Positions 25,975 through 36,301 of a DNA stretch of 64,000 nucleotides are shown piece by piece. Position 1 is the first letter of the stretch. Every line of letters starts with the position of its first letter. A model generated the notes under the pieces. The model ran no database searches. It saw only the letters and a list, made by a program, of their open reading frames with translations, and was not told the origin of the DNA. The position numbers and the translations under genes are program-made. This DNA comes from a virus (lineage: Duplodnaviria; Heunggongvirae; Uroviricota; Caudoviricetes), in the IMG/VR virus record IMGVR_UViG_3300031418_000001. The stretch is one strand, 5' to 3'.

Positions 25975-26937
25975 ATGGCTAAAGAGTTGAACTTAGATAA
26001 CCACATTGAAGATGAAGTACTGAATGAGATTTTCACTAACGAAAATAATACATTTGAGAACTTAGCCGCTTTAGACTACGAAAGTGTTGAAGAAGTTGAA
26101 CGTGAAATCATTACCGCAAAACCAATCAAAGGTAAATCCGACAAAACGAATGAAGAACTTGTGATCCTTATTCGTGCTGGTGTTGATGTACAAAAGAACC
26201 GTGAACGCCTCGTAGTACAGAATGCTGGTATTGTATACAAAGAAGCGAAAGCATGTACCTGTCGTATTCCATTCGATGATAAAGTACAGTACGGCTTTGA
26301 AGGTCTGATTAACAGCATTGAAGGTTTTGATCCTACCTTGAACTACAAGTTCAATACTTATGCAGGCCGTATTATTCGCCAGCATATGTATCGTTATGGA
26401 AACCGTGAAGCCCGTGGTATTGAAATTCCTGAGTACTTAAGTAAAGAAAACATTGTTATTCAAAAGTACTTAACTGATTTCGTAAATGATAACTCTCGTG
26501 AGCCTTCAGAACAGGAAATTAGTACTGGTACTGGTATTGCTCTAAGCCGTGTTAAACGTGCATTGCGTCATAACAGTAATTCATATTCATTAGATACACC
26601 AACTACATCTGATAATGAACTGACATTGCAGGATGTAATTACATCTGATGATCCTAATTACAACCTGAATGAATATGCGAAAAGTACCCCATTGCATGAA
26701 GTACTTGATATTGTATTCCCTGAAATTAAACCACTTGAAGCAGAAATTATATCTCTGGTTCATGGTTTAAATGGTAATAAGGTTCATACCTTTGATGAAA
26801 TTATTGATTTAGGTATTGTTGATGATAACGGTTCCTTCATTAGTTCTAAGCCGACTCTTTCCCGCCGCTACAAAGCCGCTATTGAAAGCGTTAAGCGTGT
26901 GATCTCACGTAAGAAGATTTATCTTAGCGATTTTTAA
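25975..26937 (+). CDS. phage-encoded RNA polymerase sigma70-family factor
   Basis: region 2 (RERLVVQNAGIV...GFEGLINSIEGFDPTLNYKFNTYA..IIRQ), region 3 (REPSEQEIS...YSLDTP), divergent region 4. Confidence 0.9.
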   Translation: MAKELNLDNHIEDEVLNEIFTNENNTFENLAALDYESVEEVEREIITAKPIKGKSDKTNEELVILIRAGVDVQKNRERLVVQNAGIVYKEAKACTCRIPFDDKVQYGFEGLINSIEGFDPTLNYKFNTYAGRIIRQHMYRYGNREARGIEIPEYLSKENIVIQKYLTDFVNDNSREPSEQEISTGTGIALSRVKRALRHNSNSYSLDTPTTSDNELTLQDVITSDDPNYNLNEYAKSTPLHEVLDIVFPEIKPLEAEIISLVHGLNGNKVHTFDEIIDLGIVDDNGSFISSKPTLSRRYKAAIESVKRVISRKKIYLSDF

Positions 26938-27134
26938 TAAAAGTATTATTAAAAGATAAAAAATATATCAAGTACCTGATGCTAATGTAATGTTGGTATC
27001 AGGTATCTTTATTGAGAATCAATCTCAATCGTTTATAAGCAAATGTGATATAGATTAGATTTTGTGATTTAGTACTTGTGTATCAGGGCCAGTACATCTA
27101 TAATGGGTTCATGTTGGTTGACAGGGGGATTTAT

Positions 27135-27305
27135 ATGAACGAAGACCCACCCAATAATAGGAATTTTCCTGATCATGAAAATTATGAAGATGCCTATTTA
27201 GCTGCTATCCTCAAAACCGATTTACTTGAGGCATGTGGTAAAATTGATTATAATGAAATTTTCGCTATTAGAGACAAAAGGTTGAATAAGAATGGAAACA
27301 GCTAA
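27135..27305 (+). CDS. hypothetical protein
   Basis: GGGGGAT RBS before ATG 27135. Confidence 0.55.
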   Translation: MNEDPPNNRNFPDHENYEDAYLAAILKTDLLEACGKIDYNEIFAIRDKRLNKNGNS

Positions 27306-27549
27306 AAGCATTGAAATCAAAAAGAGTCTCGTGCTGGAAAAAGAAGCAATCATTGAGTCTCAGCGTTTAGAGATTAAAGAATTGTTCAACAAGAAAACCG
27401 ACATGATCCAGAACAACAACGGTATTGTAAACAAAGAAGTCGATGAAGTTACGCACAATATCAATCGTTTGTTTGATTCAAAAGCTAAGTTTGAAGCTGA
27501 AGTAAAAGTACTGAAGAATGATATTCTCAATCTGGTACTATATGCATGA
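27292..27549 (+). CDS. coiled-coil hypothetical protein
   Basis: heptad-like charged sequence. Confidence 0.7.
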   Translation: METAKSIEIKKSLVLEKEAIIESQRLEIKELFNKKTDMIQNNNGIVNKEVDEVTHNINRLFDSKAKFEAEVKVLKNDILNLVLYA

Positions 27550-28028
27550 AGTGGATTAAAGCCCTGATTTCAGGGCATAAAGAAACCGGAATTAGATTGG
27601 ATGATTATCTTCATGACTTGAAATTTGAAGTACACGAAGATAAAAAATATAGTAATATGTTCGATGTTCAGTACCGTATTGAGTTTTCTGAAGATAAGAA
27701 AGGACGTATTATAAGTGCAAGAAATTTACCATATATAGTTATTGTCAAGTACAATAATGAAGTACTTCAATCATTTGAACTATATCAATCATCGTTCTCA
27801 GTAGATTATAAGTTACAGATGAAAGTCGATTATCATGAACAAATATTCATGATGAAAATGAAGTATACTGATGATGAAATTAGTACTTTCAGATTTGAAG
27901 ACATGAGAAGTCCAGATTTTATCTTCAATTATGATATTGAAAATGGTGCTGGTGAACAAATTAAAGCGTACATTGAAGAAATAGATTTCTTGTTTACAGA
28001 ATACGGTTCCCGCAAATATTTGAGCTAA
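27546..28028 (+). CDS. hypothetical protein
   Basis: coupled ORF. Confidence 0.7.
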   Translation: MKWIKALISGHKETGIRLDDYLHDLKFEVHEDKKYSNMFDVQYRIEFSEDKKGRIISARNLPYIVIVKYNNEVLQSFELYQSSFSVDYKLQMKVDYHEQIFMMKMKYTDDEISTFRFEDMRSPDFIFNYDIENGAGEQIKAYIEEIDFLFTEYGSRKYLS

Positions 28029-28086
28029 ACCCTTGCTTTAATCCTGTTTTTATGTGATAATCCTTTCATAGACTGAACAGGGGGAA

Positions 28087-28872
28087 TTGACCATGACAAC
28101 AAAAACTGACGCTGAAATTATGGCAACCATCAACAAGAGCTTTAGCTCAATGATGGACACTGTTGAATGTATCATTGACCCCTTCAATCCGATTCGTGCC
28201 ATGATTGTCAGTGGTGCTGCTGGTGTTGGTAAATCATTTAACCTCATCAAACGTCTTGAGCAAGCCGCAGAGAACCTGGAATGTACTTACCACAAGATCA
28301 GCGGTAAAATTACTCCATTGGGTTTGTATCAAGTACTTCATGAATCACGTAACTTAGGATCAGTACTGTTACTTGATGACGCAGATGTTTTCAGTGAAGA
28401 AGGTACTTTAGACCTGCTGAAAGCTGCTCTTGATAGTTCCAAGACTCGTACTGTATCGTACATAACGAACTCACCAACTCTGGCTAAGCAAGGTATTCCA
28501 AGCCAGATTGAGTACTTTGGTAAGATTATATTCATCACGAATAAGAACTTCTCAAAAGTACTTAAAGGTACTTCTAAAATGAAAGACCATGTTCGTGCTT
28601 TAATTACCCGTGGTTCATTCATTGATTTGCACCTTCATGATAACCGTAGCATTATGTTACAGATTGAAGATGTAATGAAGAAGTCTAATATTATGTCACA
28701 GTACGGCTTAAGTACTGGTCAGTGTAATGATGCGTTAGTATTCATGAAAAACAACGTAGAACGCCTCATGGAGCCATCATTACGTATGGCAGTAGAGATT
28801 GCTGGCTTTATGCTCAAGTACCCGCAGAACTGGCGTCAGCTTGCAGAAGTTAACTGTTTGTGGCCTGAATAA
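28087..28872 (+). CDS. AAA-type ATPase
   Basis: Walker A GAAGVGKS, Walker B VLLLDDAD, sensor IIFITN. Confidence 0.85.
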   Translation: MTMTTKTDAEIMATINKSFSSMMDTVECIIDPFNPIRAMIVSGAAGVGKSFNLIKRLEQAAENLECTYHKISGKITPLGLYQVLHESRNLGSVLLLDDADVFSEEGTLDLLKAALDSSKTRTVSYITNSPTLAKQGIPSQIEYFGKIIFITNKNFSKVLKGTSKMKDHVRALITRGSFIDLHLHDNRSIMLQIEDVMKKSNIMSQYGLSTGQCNDALVFMKNNVERLMEPSLRMAVEIAGFMLKYPQNWRQLAEVNCLWPE

Positions 28873-28873
28873 G

Positions 28874-28899
28874 AAAAGCCAGCGTTAAGCTGGCTTTTT
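28874..28899. terminator. bidirectional intrinsic terminator
   Basis: AAAAGCCAGC-GTTAA-GCTGGCTTTT between convergent genes. Confidence 0.8.
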
Positions 28900-28900
28900 G

Positions 28901-30052
28901 TTATACAGTATCTTTGGCAAGTTTAAATGTAGATGTTGTGAAGTTCACCACGTTAGCAGTTGCACCAGGCGGTAACTGATAAGCACTGATATAATCACCA
29001 GCCATCATTATTTCATTATTACCCTTCTGGTAATAAGATATACGACTATTGTAATTGAATCCTGTAATATCTACTGGTAATGTTGGAAGTGCAGTAAACA
29101 CGTACTTATAACCAGTTGAACCTGTACCTGAACCATATCCCGAATCCCCTGAATAGTACCAGTTATTATTAATAAAGATGTGTGCCATTCCACTACCAAC
29201 GCTGATCCGTGTTGGAACCCCAGGTAAATTTGTCAATAATTTCAGTACGTTGTTGGCTGATGTGTTAGATGAGCCTGTACCCAATCCTAACGCACCATTG
29301 CTGTTATTCCCACACACATACATTCCATTATCAGTAAGGGCGTAGAATTGCATCTGCCCCGCTGCAATCTTGTTTACCGAGGCTAAGCCTGGTATTGTCG
29401 TTAACGTGGTGACGTTCGCATTAGATGCAGTACTGAAACCACACTGTGTATTAGCATTATTACCTGCTACTTTAACAGTACCATCCTGCATTAAGAAATA
29501 AGTACTTCCCCCATCCGTTGACATTTTAATATCAAGTACTGAACCGAATGTACTAAGATTTCCAAATAATGATAAGGATGAAACTTTTAATGTATCTCCA
29601 GTGAATAGCCCACCGTAAGAATTAGTACCAATCCGGTACATATCACCTGCGTCAGTTACGCCAATGAAAGCATTAGTACCTAAGCACATAAATTTATAAT
29701 TATTGAATCTACTGAAAGAAGTGGTTATATTCTGCCATGTTGGTGTAGTACTACCGGATGGATTAAGTGCCTGGTTGTTACCACACCAGTACCATGAATC
29801 ATCAATGGTTCTTATAAGTACTGCTGAACCTGAATACCAGAATTGTTTAACGTCTTCTCTCAGTACTTTCCATACTGTTGTACTGGCTGTTGTTCCATCA
29901 CCAAAGGTTGAACTGTTTTGTCCGTAAACATATAATCTTCCAGCAAGATCCTGAACGTATATAGTACGGAAACTTGATTGTATATCAACAATCTTATTTG
30001 TTATTACTGTTTCCTGATTAGCATATGTAATTAGTATACAAAAAGGTAACAT
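28901..30052 (-). CDS. MLPF-leader RCC1/BLIP-II-like beta-propeller protein
   Basis: GGAG RBS before ATG 30052; G.N..G.LG repeats. Confidence 0.8.
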   Translation of the reverse strand: MLPFCILITYANQETVITNKIVDIQSSFRTIYVQDLAGRLYVYGQNSSTFGDGTTASTTVWKVLREDVKQFWYSGSAVLIRTIDDSWYWCGNNQALNPSGSTTPTWQNITTSFSRFNNYKFMCLGTNAFIGVTDAGDMYRIGTNSYGGLFTGDTLKVSSLSLFGNLSTFGSVLDIKMSTDGGSTYFLMQDGTVKVAGNNANTQCGFSTASNANVTTLTTIPGLASVNKIAAGQMQFYALTDNGMYVCGNNSNGALGLGTGSSNTSANNVLKLLTNLPGVPTRISVGSGMAHIFINNNWYYSGDSGYGSGTGSTGYKYVFTALPTLPVDITGFNYNSRISYYQKGNNEIMMAGDYISAYQLPPGATANVVNFTTSTFKLAKDTV

Positions 30053-30106
30053 AATAATTCTCCATGTTGTTTGAAATGTTAAATAAAAGTTAAATTTATT
30101 TAGCAA

Positions 30107-30175
30107 TAAAAAAAGCCAGCATTTAGCTGGCTTAATTGAATTTGCGTATTGTACCATTCGTGGAAAAGGCAACAT
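30107..30175 (-). pseudogene. orphan MLPFP leader stub running into a terminator
   Basis: MLPFPRMVQYANSIK then AAGCCAGC/GCTGGCTT-T run hairpin; preceded by an 11-G tract. Confidence 0.55.
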
Positions 30176-30189
30176 GTTCCCCCCCCCCC

Positions 30190-31032
30190 TTAAACTATTT
30201 TGTATAAAGTACTTGTACTTATAGCATATGCATGGTTGTAAGAACATACAAGACCACCTTCAGCATGTCCAACTGGTAATGAAGAATTTAGTAATGTCCA
30301 ACTGTTAGTACTTAATTTATAAGCATATAAACCATTTGTTGAACTACGTGCATATATGTTATCACCCATACGTGAGATCTTTTGTCTTGAACCTGAGCCT
30401 GGATAATTAGCCAGTGTACTCCATTTATTAGTTTCTATTGAGTACTTTGCAAAATTATTACCATAAAGATAATATATATAACCTGAACTATAGATCCAGC
30501 CACCTTCAGCACTATTTGTTGTATAAAATGGCAAAGATGCTGACCCAGTAGTAATCCATACATTATTAACAATATCGTACTTATAGAATACGTTATTTTT
30601 CTGGTAATATATAAAGTCATTATTATCATAATCTACGCATATTGAATGGTCATAAGTAGCGGAGGGTAAATTAGCTAAAGTATCCCATGTTCCTGTTGTT
30701 AAATTATAACGGTCGAATCTATTAGTATTGCTATATCCACCTGCACAATATATATATTGACCATTAGTAGTGAATGCAATGTTTCTAACCGATACTGGAC
30801 GTGTTGCTATTTGAGTAAATGTATCGTCTTCTGGATTAATTTGAAAAATTTGCGATGATTGTGTTATAGCAAACAATTTCTCTTTGTATGAAGTCATACG
30901 AGTGCCATATGCACCAAAATTAGTGTTAGTACCTAAAGTACTTACCGTTCCAGTTAGTGAATTAGGATTCTTATCATCATCATTTCTAACTACTGTATTG
31001 CCGTATCGTGTTAATTGTGAAAATGGTAGCAT
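30190..31032 (-). CDS. MLPF-leader Kelch-repeat protein
   Basis: IYCAGG...RYNLTTGTW Kelch pattern. Confidence 0.8.
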   Translation of the reverse strand: MLPFSQLTRYGNTVVRNDDDKNPNSLTGTVSTLGTNTNFGAYGTRMTSYKEKLFAITQSSQIFQINPEDDTFTQIATRPVSVRNIAFTTNGQYIYCAGGYSNTNRFDRYNLTTGTWDTLANLPSATYDHSICVDYDNNDFIYYQKNNVFYKYDIVNNVWITTGSASLPFYTTNSAEGGWIYSSGYIYYLYGNNFAKYSIETNKWSTLANYPGSGSRQKISRMGDNIYARSSTNGLYAYKLSTNSWTLLNSSLPVGHAEGGLVCSYNHAYAISTSTLYKIV

Positions 31033-31040
31033 ATTTCTCC

Positions 31041-32198
31041 TTAAAATCCAGTTGGCATCTTTATTTGCACATATTGTGCGGTTGACGACCCACCCTGATT
31101 AACCAATGCACCTAATGCATATAACCTATTGTTTCCTGCTGTTCCTTTGTAAAAAAGAATACTTTCTCTTAGATCAGTACAGTACATTTCAGGAATAATA
31201 CCCACTTCAGCCGCAGGTAGTGAACGTACAAAAGTTTTCGCAGTAGTTTGAGAATTAGTATTAAGTATTGGTATATTATTAGTGTTACCATGAGCATAAC
31301 AAGCACGAGAAGTCGCATTGGCATAATAAACATATGATCCTGCTGCACCAGCAATATCATGACCGGAGCTAAGAGAATAACCATTAGTTGCGTTATTAGC
31401 TCCACTTGCGTTAACAACTCCACTTATACCAGAATATACTACAGCACCTGTAGTTGTTAATGCTAATATATTTGCTACTGAACCAAAATAAACTTTTTTA
31501 ATGTTTAAATTTGTTAATGATGCAGTATATGTAGAATATGAACTTGTTGTTGTTGAATTGATTTGTTTAAATGAGTTGCTACCTGACATATACAATTTGT
31601 TATTATAATCTAAAATTGCAGAACTGTCATACTGATTATACATACCATAAAAGAATACATCCATTACTGGAGTACTTGTACTGAATGGTACTAAAGTATA
31701 AGTAGTTTTGCCACCACTCATTCCAAACATAGTATAACCATTCGACCCACTCCAGTATAACTGACCATCATTGGTAAGTAATGCACTTGAGTAATATCCA
31801 GGTTTAATGTACTTAATGTTGGTGACAGGAACTGGAATACTTGCAGTTATATTAACCCAAGAACTAATAACTCCAGTACCCATTGCAACTGAACCAAACA
31901 TGTTTGAATTTTGAACCTGTCCACAAGCCCACACTGTTCCATCGTTTTTTATTACTACTGTACAACGTGAGTTATTACTGAATACACGTGCAACATTATT
32001 CATTTCATTACTTTTGTACCACTGTGCAGTAGTACCATTTGTTGTACCATTACCAAAATTACCATAAGTATTAAATCCATAAAAGTACAGATCTCCTGCC
32101 CCTGAAACAAAAGCAAAGCTGCTGTTTCCGGCATCATATGATACAATCTCACTCTTAGGTAATATTGGGGTCTGGCTTATAATTGGGAAGGGTAACAT
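31041..32198 (-). CDS. MLPFP-leader RCC1-like beta-propeller protein
   Basis: DGTVWACG, GFNTYGNFGNG repeats. Confidence 0.85.
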   Translation of the reverse strand: MLPFPIISQTPILPKSEIVSYDAGNSSFAFVSGAGDLYFYGFNTYGNFGNGTTNGTTAQWYKSNEMNNVARVFSNNSRCTVVIKNDGTVWACGQVQNSNMFGSVAMGTGVISSWVNITASIPVPVTNIKYIKPGYYSSALLTNDGQLYWSGSNGYTMFGMSGGKTTYTLVPFSTSTPVMDVFFYGMYNQYDSSAILDYNNKLYMSGSNSFKQINSTTTSSYSTYTASLTNLNIKKVYFGSVANILALTTTGAVVYSGISGVVNASGANNATNGYSLSSGHDIAGAAGSYVYYANATSRACYAHGNTNNIPILNTNSQTTAKTFVRSLPAAEVGIIPEMYCTDLRESILFYKGTAGNNRLYALGALVNQGGSSTAQYVQIKMPTGF

Positions 32199-32209
32199 TT
32201 TATTTTTCC

Positions 32210-33337
32210 TTAATTGTATGGTGTTGGCATTGGAACATAAACGTAACTACTATTAACAAGTATCATTGATGAATAACCAGCCGCGTATACCTTATTATCA
32301 TATACATAATAAGAAGCATTACTTACAGAACATATATTACTTATTGAACCTAAATTCTGTGAAGTTATAGAACCAAGAGCCTTTGTAAATGTAGTTACTG
32401 TGGTATTTCCATTATTAATCCCAAACCGCCCACCGCCATTACTACCAGTACTATACATTCCATCTGAAGAAATTACAGTACTCATATAGAAATCAGAAGA
32501 TACAGGTAATAAAGTACATGCGGTTAATCCTGGGTTATATGGTAATAACTGCCATGAAGTTCCAGTGCTTCCATTACCTAACTGTCCGTTACCTCCATTA
32601 CCACATATTCTTAATGTACCATCAGTCAGTATAAATGATGTATTATATTGTGAAGTACTAATATCAATACAGTTAAAAGATGTGTACTGCTGGAATGTTG
32701 TGAAAACGGTAGTCTCGTTTGAACCTAATAATACCCGATAAGTGTTAGTACCGGTACGCCATATCGTGCCATCATTCTTGATGATCCATGTTCCAGCTAA
32801 GGCACACTGAACCTTCTTAACGTTAGTACCATTCGCAAGTGCAGTCCATACAGAAACACCCGCAGTACTCGATCCTGAACCTAAACCATTGTACTGATTA
32901 CTGCCTATTCCCCATAACTTATCAGTACCATCAATAAGGAATAACCTTCCTATATCGGGAGCAGATTCAATGGACTTAATAGTACTTAAATCAAAAGTAC
33001 TGAACCTTGAAGTAATATCAACATATGTAGTACTCGTACCCGCTCCAGTAAAAACATAACCAATGTTTCCTGAACCGTATACCTTATTGTCATTAGTAAC
33101 TAATATACTGAAGTTCGGGCCAGAACAATATAAACGTACATTATCCTTTAACCGTGTCCATGCGGAAAGTAATGTAGTATCACCTGTTCCGTACTTACCC
33201 GAGCTATTAGTGCCTAACGCATAGGTATCACCTGAATTATATTGTAGTACTATACTGTTATTTGAAGATGATAAACGCCTGATCCCTGGATTTTCAGGCT
33301 TTATTCTTAAATTGTTAATTATTGGAAATGGTAACAT
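32210..33337 (-). CDS. MLPFP-leader RCC1-like beta-propeller protein
   Basis: DGTLRICGNGGNGQLGNG. Confidence 0.85.
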   Translation of the reverse strand: MLPFPIINNLRIKPENPGIRRLSSSNNSIVLQYNSGDTYALGTNSSGKYGTGDTTLLSAWTRLKDNVRLYCSGPNFSILVTNDNKVYGSGNIGYVFTGAGTSTTYVDITSRFSTFDLSTIKSIESAPDIGRLFLIDGTDKLWGIGSNQYNGLGSGSSTAGVSVWTALANGTNVKKVQCALAGTWIIKNDGTIWRTGTNTYRVLLGSNETTVFTTFQQYTSFNCIDISTSQYNTSFILTDGTLRICGNGGNGQLGNGSTGTSWQLLPYNPGLTACTLLPVSSDFYMSTVISSDGMYSTGSNGGGRFGINNGNTTVTTFTKALGSITSQNLGSISNICSVSNASYYVYDNKVYAAGYSSMILVNSSYVYVPMPTPYN

Positions 33338-33346
33338 ATTATATCC

Positions 33347-34495
33347 TTATTCCGGTGTTCTTATTGGCGTTAAAACATACGTATCTGCATCTAACCATAA
33401 TGCACTGACGCCACAAGCGTATAAAAGATTATTTGATACAACGAAAGTACTTCCACTGTTACTCGCCAACTGCCCTACTCTACAGAATGACTGTACTCCT
33501 GGTGCCGGAAGAGTCATTTCACTGAATCCTGTGTTTCTTGCAGTACTGGACGCAATGTTTGCACCCGCTGGCCCTGCTGCGTATAATTTAGTACCTGAAG
33601 TGTAAAAGTTCTGATAGTCGAAGTTAATATAACCTGTACCAAAGTTACTGAACTGATTATCAGCACCACCAGCACCTATAGTAAACTTAGTTACTGAAGA
33701 AGTACCATTAAATGGTATCTGACCACCTGAGTTATAACCGTTATATCCACAAAACAATATTCTGGTATCAGTTAAAGTACTGTCACTTGCAGCAAATATC
33801 ATGGAATTTCTGTAACCTTCATATGCCTGTACTGGATAAGTATAACCAGAAGGTAATGCAATCTGTACCCAAGTAGTCTGTATAGCATTACTTCCAGTAC
33901 CTAACTTGTAGTTATCACTATTACCAACACCCATTAGCTTATTATCGTTAGTAATGGCAAATGAACAGTTAAGATTATAATTAATGGACTTAACGTTACT
34001 AAGTGATAGCTGGAATGAAGTTATGGTTGAAGGTAATGCACCAAAGTAGGACTGATAGTTAAATCCAATCGCAAATAACCTTGAATCATTTAACAGTACA
34101 AAAGTACCCTGAGTTCCAGCTTGAATAGATCTTATAGTACTTGCAGGCGTGGATGTTAATGCATATAATTTATCGTAAACTATCCATGAAGTAGTACTAC
34201 TATTATAACCAAGAGAACGATAATAACCTGCACATAAAAATTGATCATCAGTTGTCTGTACTATAGTATGATTTGTACCGCACCAAACATCCTTAACATC
34301 AGTCCTGACAAGTACCCACTCCTTATAACTGTTAGGAGAAGTAATCCCGAACTGATTATAGTTATTAGCACCACGCATATATAAATGCCCGTTGCTGTAC
34401 AGTAATGCTAAAGTAATATCACTGGATACCACTTTCTTTATAGTACTTTTTATAATAGTATTACCGTACTCATTCATTATTGGAAATGGTAACAT
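33347..34495 (-). CDS. MLPFP-leader RCC1-like beta-propeller protein
   Basis: RGANNYNQFG, VGNSDNYKLGTG. Confidence 0.85.
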   Translation of the reverse strand: MLPFPIMNEYGNTIIKSTIKKVVSSDITLALLYSNGHLYMRGANNYNQFGITSPNSYKEWVLVRTDVKDVWCGTNHTIVQTTDDQFLCAGYYRSLGYNSSTTSWIVYDKLYALTSTPASTIRSIQAGTQGTFVLLNDSRLFAIGFNYQSYFGALPSTITSFQLSLSNVKSINYNLNCSFAITNDNKLMGVGNSDNYKLGTGSNAIQTTWVQIALPSGYTYPVQAYEGYRNSMIFAASDSTLTDTRILFCGYNGYNSGGQIPFNGTSSVTKFTIGAGGADNQFSNFGTGYINFDYQNFYTSGTKLYAAGPAGANIASSTARNTGFSEMTLPAPGVQSFCRVGQLASNSGSTFVVSNNLLYACGVSALWLDADTYVLTPIRTPE

Positions 34496-34504
34496 GTGAA
34501 CTCC

Positions 34505-35650
34505 TTATACTAATCCGGTTACATTTAATAAAGATAGTGTCGGTACGTTTGACGGGTAATCAGGCATAAGACCAGGATAAGTACTGTCAAAATAACCACA
34601 CGAATATAACCTGTTAGCCTTTACTGCTACCGTTCTGTATGAACCGTGTGCAATGTATGAACTTCCTTTAAGATCCGGTACTATACTCCACGTCGCCCGT
34701 GTAGTCTGTGAAGCAGAACTGTTGCCATCACCAATAGCCCACCTGTCAGCACCCGCCCCGTATACGTCTCCGTTACTCAGTACCATATGAACTGTGTTAG
34801 ATACTGAACCATAAACCTGCACCGGAAGCATTGAAGAAACTTTCTGAAGTAAATTACCGTTCCCATCAATTACACCTGTACCAAACTTACCATTCAGATT
34901 TCGCCCTACTGCATATAAACCATCACTCTTGAGTACATATAAAGCAGTCTGTGAAACCCACATATCAAGTGCTCCAGTAGTAACAGTAACAAATGTACTC
35001 CTGTTGGATGTACTCGATGAATCATTTAAATTATAATATTGGTTCAAACCCGCACCCCTGATAGTACCGTCTGTTCCCAACAAATAAGTATTCTCACCGC
35101 CTGGAGTAGTTAAAGCCTTCTGTACTGAACTTACACCTAAATCAAATAATCCATTGTAGTTACTCGTAGTTCCCTGACCTAACTGTGAATATAAACTGTT
35201 AAATCCTGAACCATATACCCTTCCGTTCTGTAAAGTAACAATACATGTATAATCACCTATACTCACGTACTTAATAGATGAACCTGAAGTACTTAACATG
35301 TTATTAAACATAGTACTAATATCAAACCACGTATTAGGTATAGTACTCGTACCAACAAACGGATAACCTCGCCCTGCGTAATACCACGTATTATCATTCT
35401 TTTGTATCAATGCACTAAGAGATGCATTTACCCATATATCCTGTACGTTTGAATTAGAAGCGTACCAGTAATCAGTCACGTTCGTTGTATCAGTCTTCCC
35501 TAACTGCTTAACTGTGTTCATCCCACGAGCATATAAATTCCCCGTCTTAGTAAGTACATATAATGTGTTTAATCCAGCATCAGCTTTCTTTATTATATCA
35601 GTACTTCCTAATGTATTGCCGTATGTACTCATTATAGGAAATGGTAACAT
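34505..35650 (-). CDS. MLPFP-leader RCC1-like beta-propeller protein
   Basis: GRVYGSGFN..SQLGQG, VGRNLNGKFGTG. Confidence 0.85.
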   Translation of the reverse strand: MLPFPIMSTYGNTLGSTDIIKKADAGLNTLYVLTKTGNLYARGMNTVKQLGKTDTTNVTDYWYASNSNVQDIWVNASLSALIQKNDNTWYYAGRGYPFVGTSTIPNTWFDISTMFNNMLSTSGSSIKYVSIGDYTCIVTLQNGRVYGSGFNSLYSQLGQGTTSNYNGLFDLGVSSVQKALTTPGGENTYLLGTDGTIRGAGLNQYYNLNDSSSTSNRSTFVTVTTGALDMWVSQTALYVLKSDGLYAVGRNLNGKFGTGVIDGNGNLLQKVSSMLPVQVYGSVSNTVHMVLSNGDVYGAGADRWAIGDGNSSASQTTRATWSIVPDLKGSSYIAHGSYRTVAVKANRLYSCGYFDSTYPGLMPDYPSNVPTLSLLNVTGLV

Positions 35651-35659
35651 ATTATCCTC

Positions 35660-36157
35660 CTAAAAATTATAATAACGTACCGGAGTACTTGCAGTACTCG
35701 GATTATATCTCATTACGTGCTTAGTATCTTCATCGTAATATATAAAGTCCGTAATCAATAATCCAGTGAAAGAACCATATGAGGAAGATGTTAATCCATT
35801 TCTTGATACAGCCAAATAAGAAGGATAAGTACTTCTGACTGAACCAGTGAATGCTACTAAACGAGCCGCAGAATAACCTACAGTCCACATCGCCTGTGAA
35901 GGATACATATGTCTTACAGCTAAGTACATTCTACTGTCATGCGTAACCCGTGTATTATAAGGAGAACCCCACATAGTACCACTTGTACCACCAATAACAG
36001 TACCGTACATCTTCATAGCCGATGGGTATGTATTAAAACCATTAACTAAATCTACCTTTGTATAGACAGTTCCGTTCATCAATTCATCCTTGAATAACTT
36101 ATATTCATCACGTAGTACAGTATTACCGTACCCGTTCATTATCGGAAATGGTAACAT
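35660..36157 (-). CDS. MLPFP-leader protein with LCCL-like domain
   Basis: MWGS...THDS..LAVRH...Y.AVSRNGLTSSSYG resembles the LCCL consensus. Confidence 0.7.
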   Translation of the reverse strand: MLPFPIMNGYGNTVLRDEYKLFKDELMNGTVYTKVDLVNGFNTYPSAMKMYGTVIGGTSGTMWGSPYNTRVTHDSRMYLAVRHMYPSQAMWTVGYSAARLVAFTGSVRSTYPSYLAVSRNGLTSSSYGSFTGLLITDFIYYDEDTKHVMRYNPSTASTPVRYYNF

Positions 36158-36183
36158 AATTTTCCCCTTTTAATTGTATTCAG

Positions 36184-36193
36184 TATTTACCCC
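36184..36193 (-). promoter_or_regulatory. putative late promoter GGGGTAAATA
   Basis: repeat motif upstream of the 36157 start. Confidence 0.6.
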
Positions 36194-36199
36194 AAAAAC

Positions 36200-36291
36200 A
36201 AAAAAGCCTGTTTATCATAAACAGGCATAATTTTATTATTCATTACATATCTTTTGTATTGGTAGACAGATATTATTGATATTAAAAACAT
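36200..36291 (-). pseudogene. orphan MFLISIIS leader stub running into a terminator
   Basis: AAGGAG RBS, ATG 36291, MFLISIIS (cf. MFPISIISQYGN), then GCCTGTTT/AAACAGGC-T run. Confidence 0.5.
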
Positions 36292-36301
36292 CTTACTCTC
36301 C

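Noticed and set aside
30053-30247. 448-aa version of the 28901 gene
   Set aside because: The extension crosses a terminator and overlaps the upstream gene. The RBS and leader support ATG 30052.
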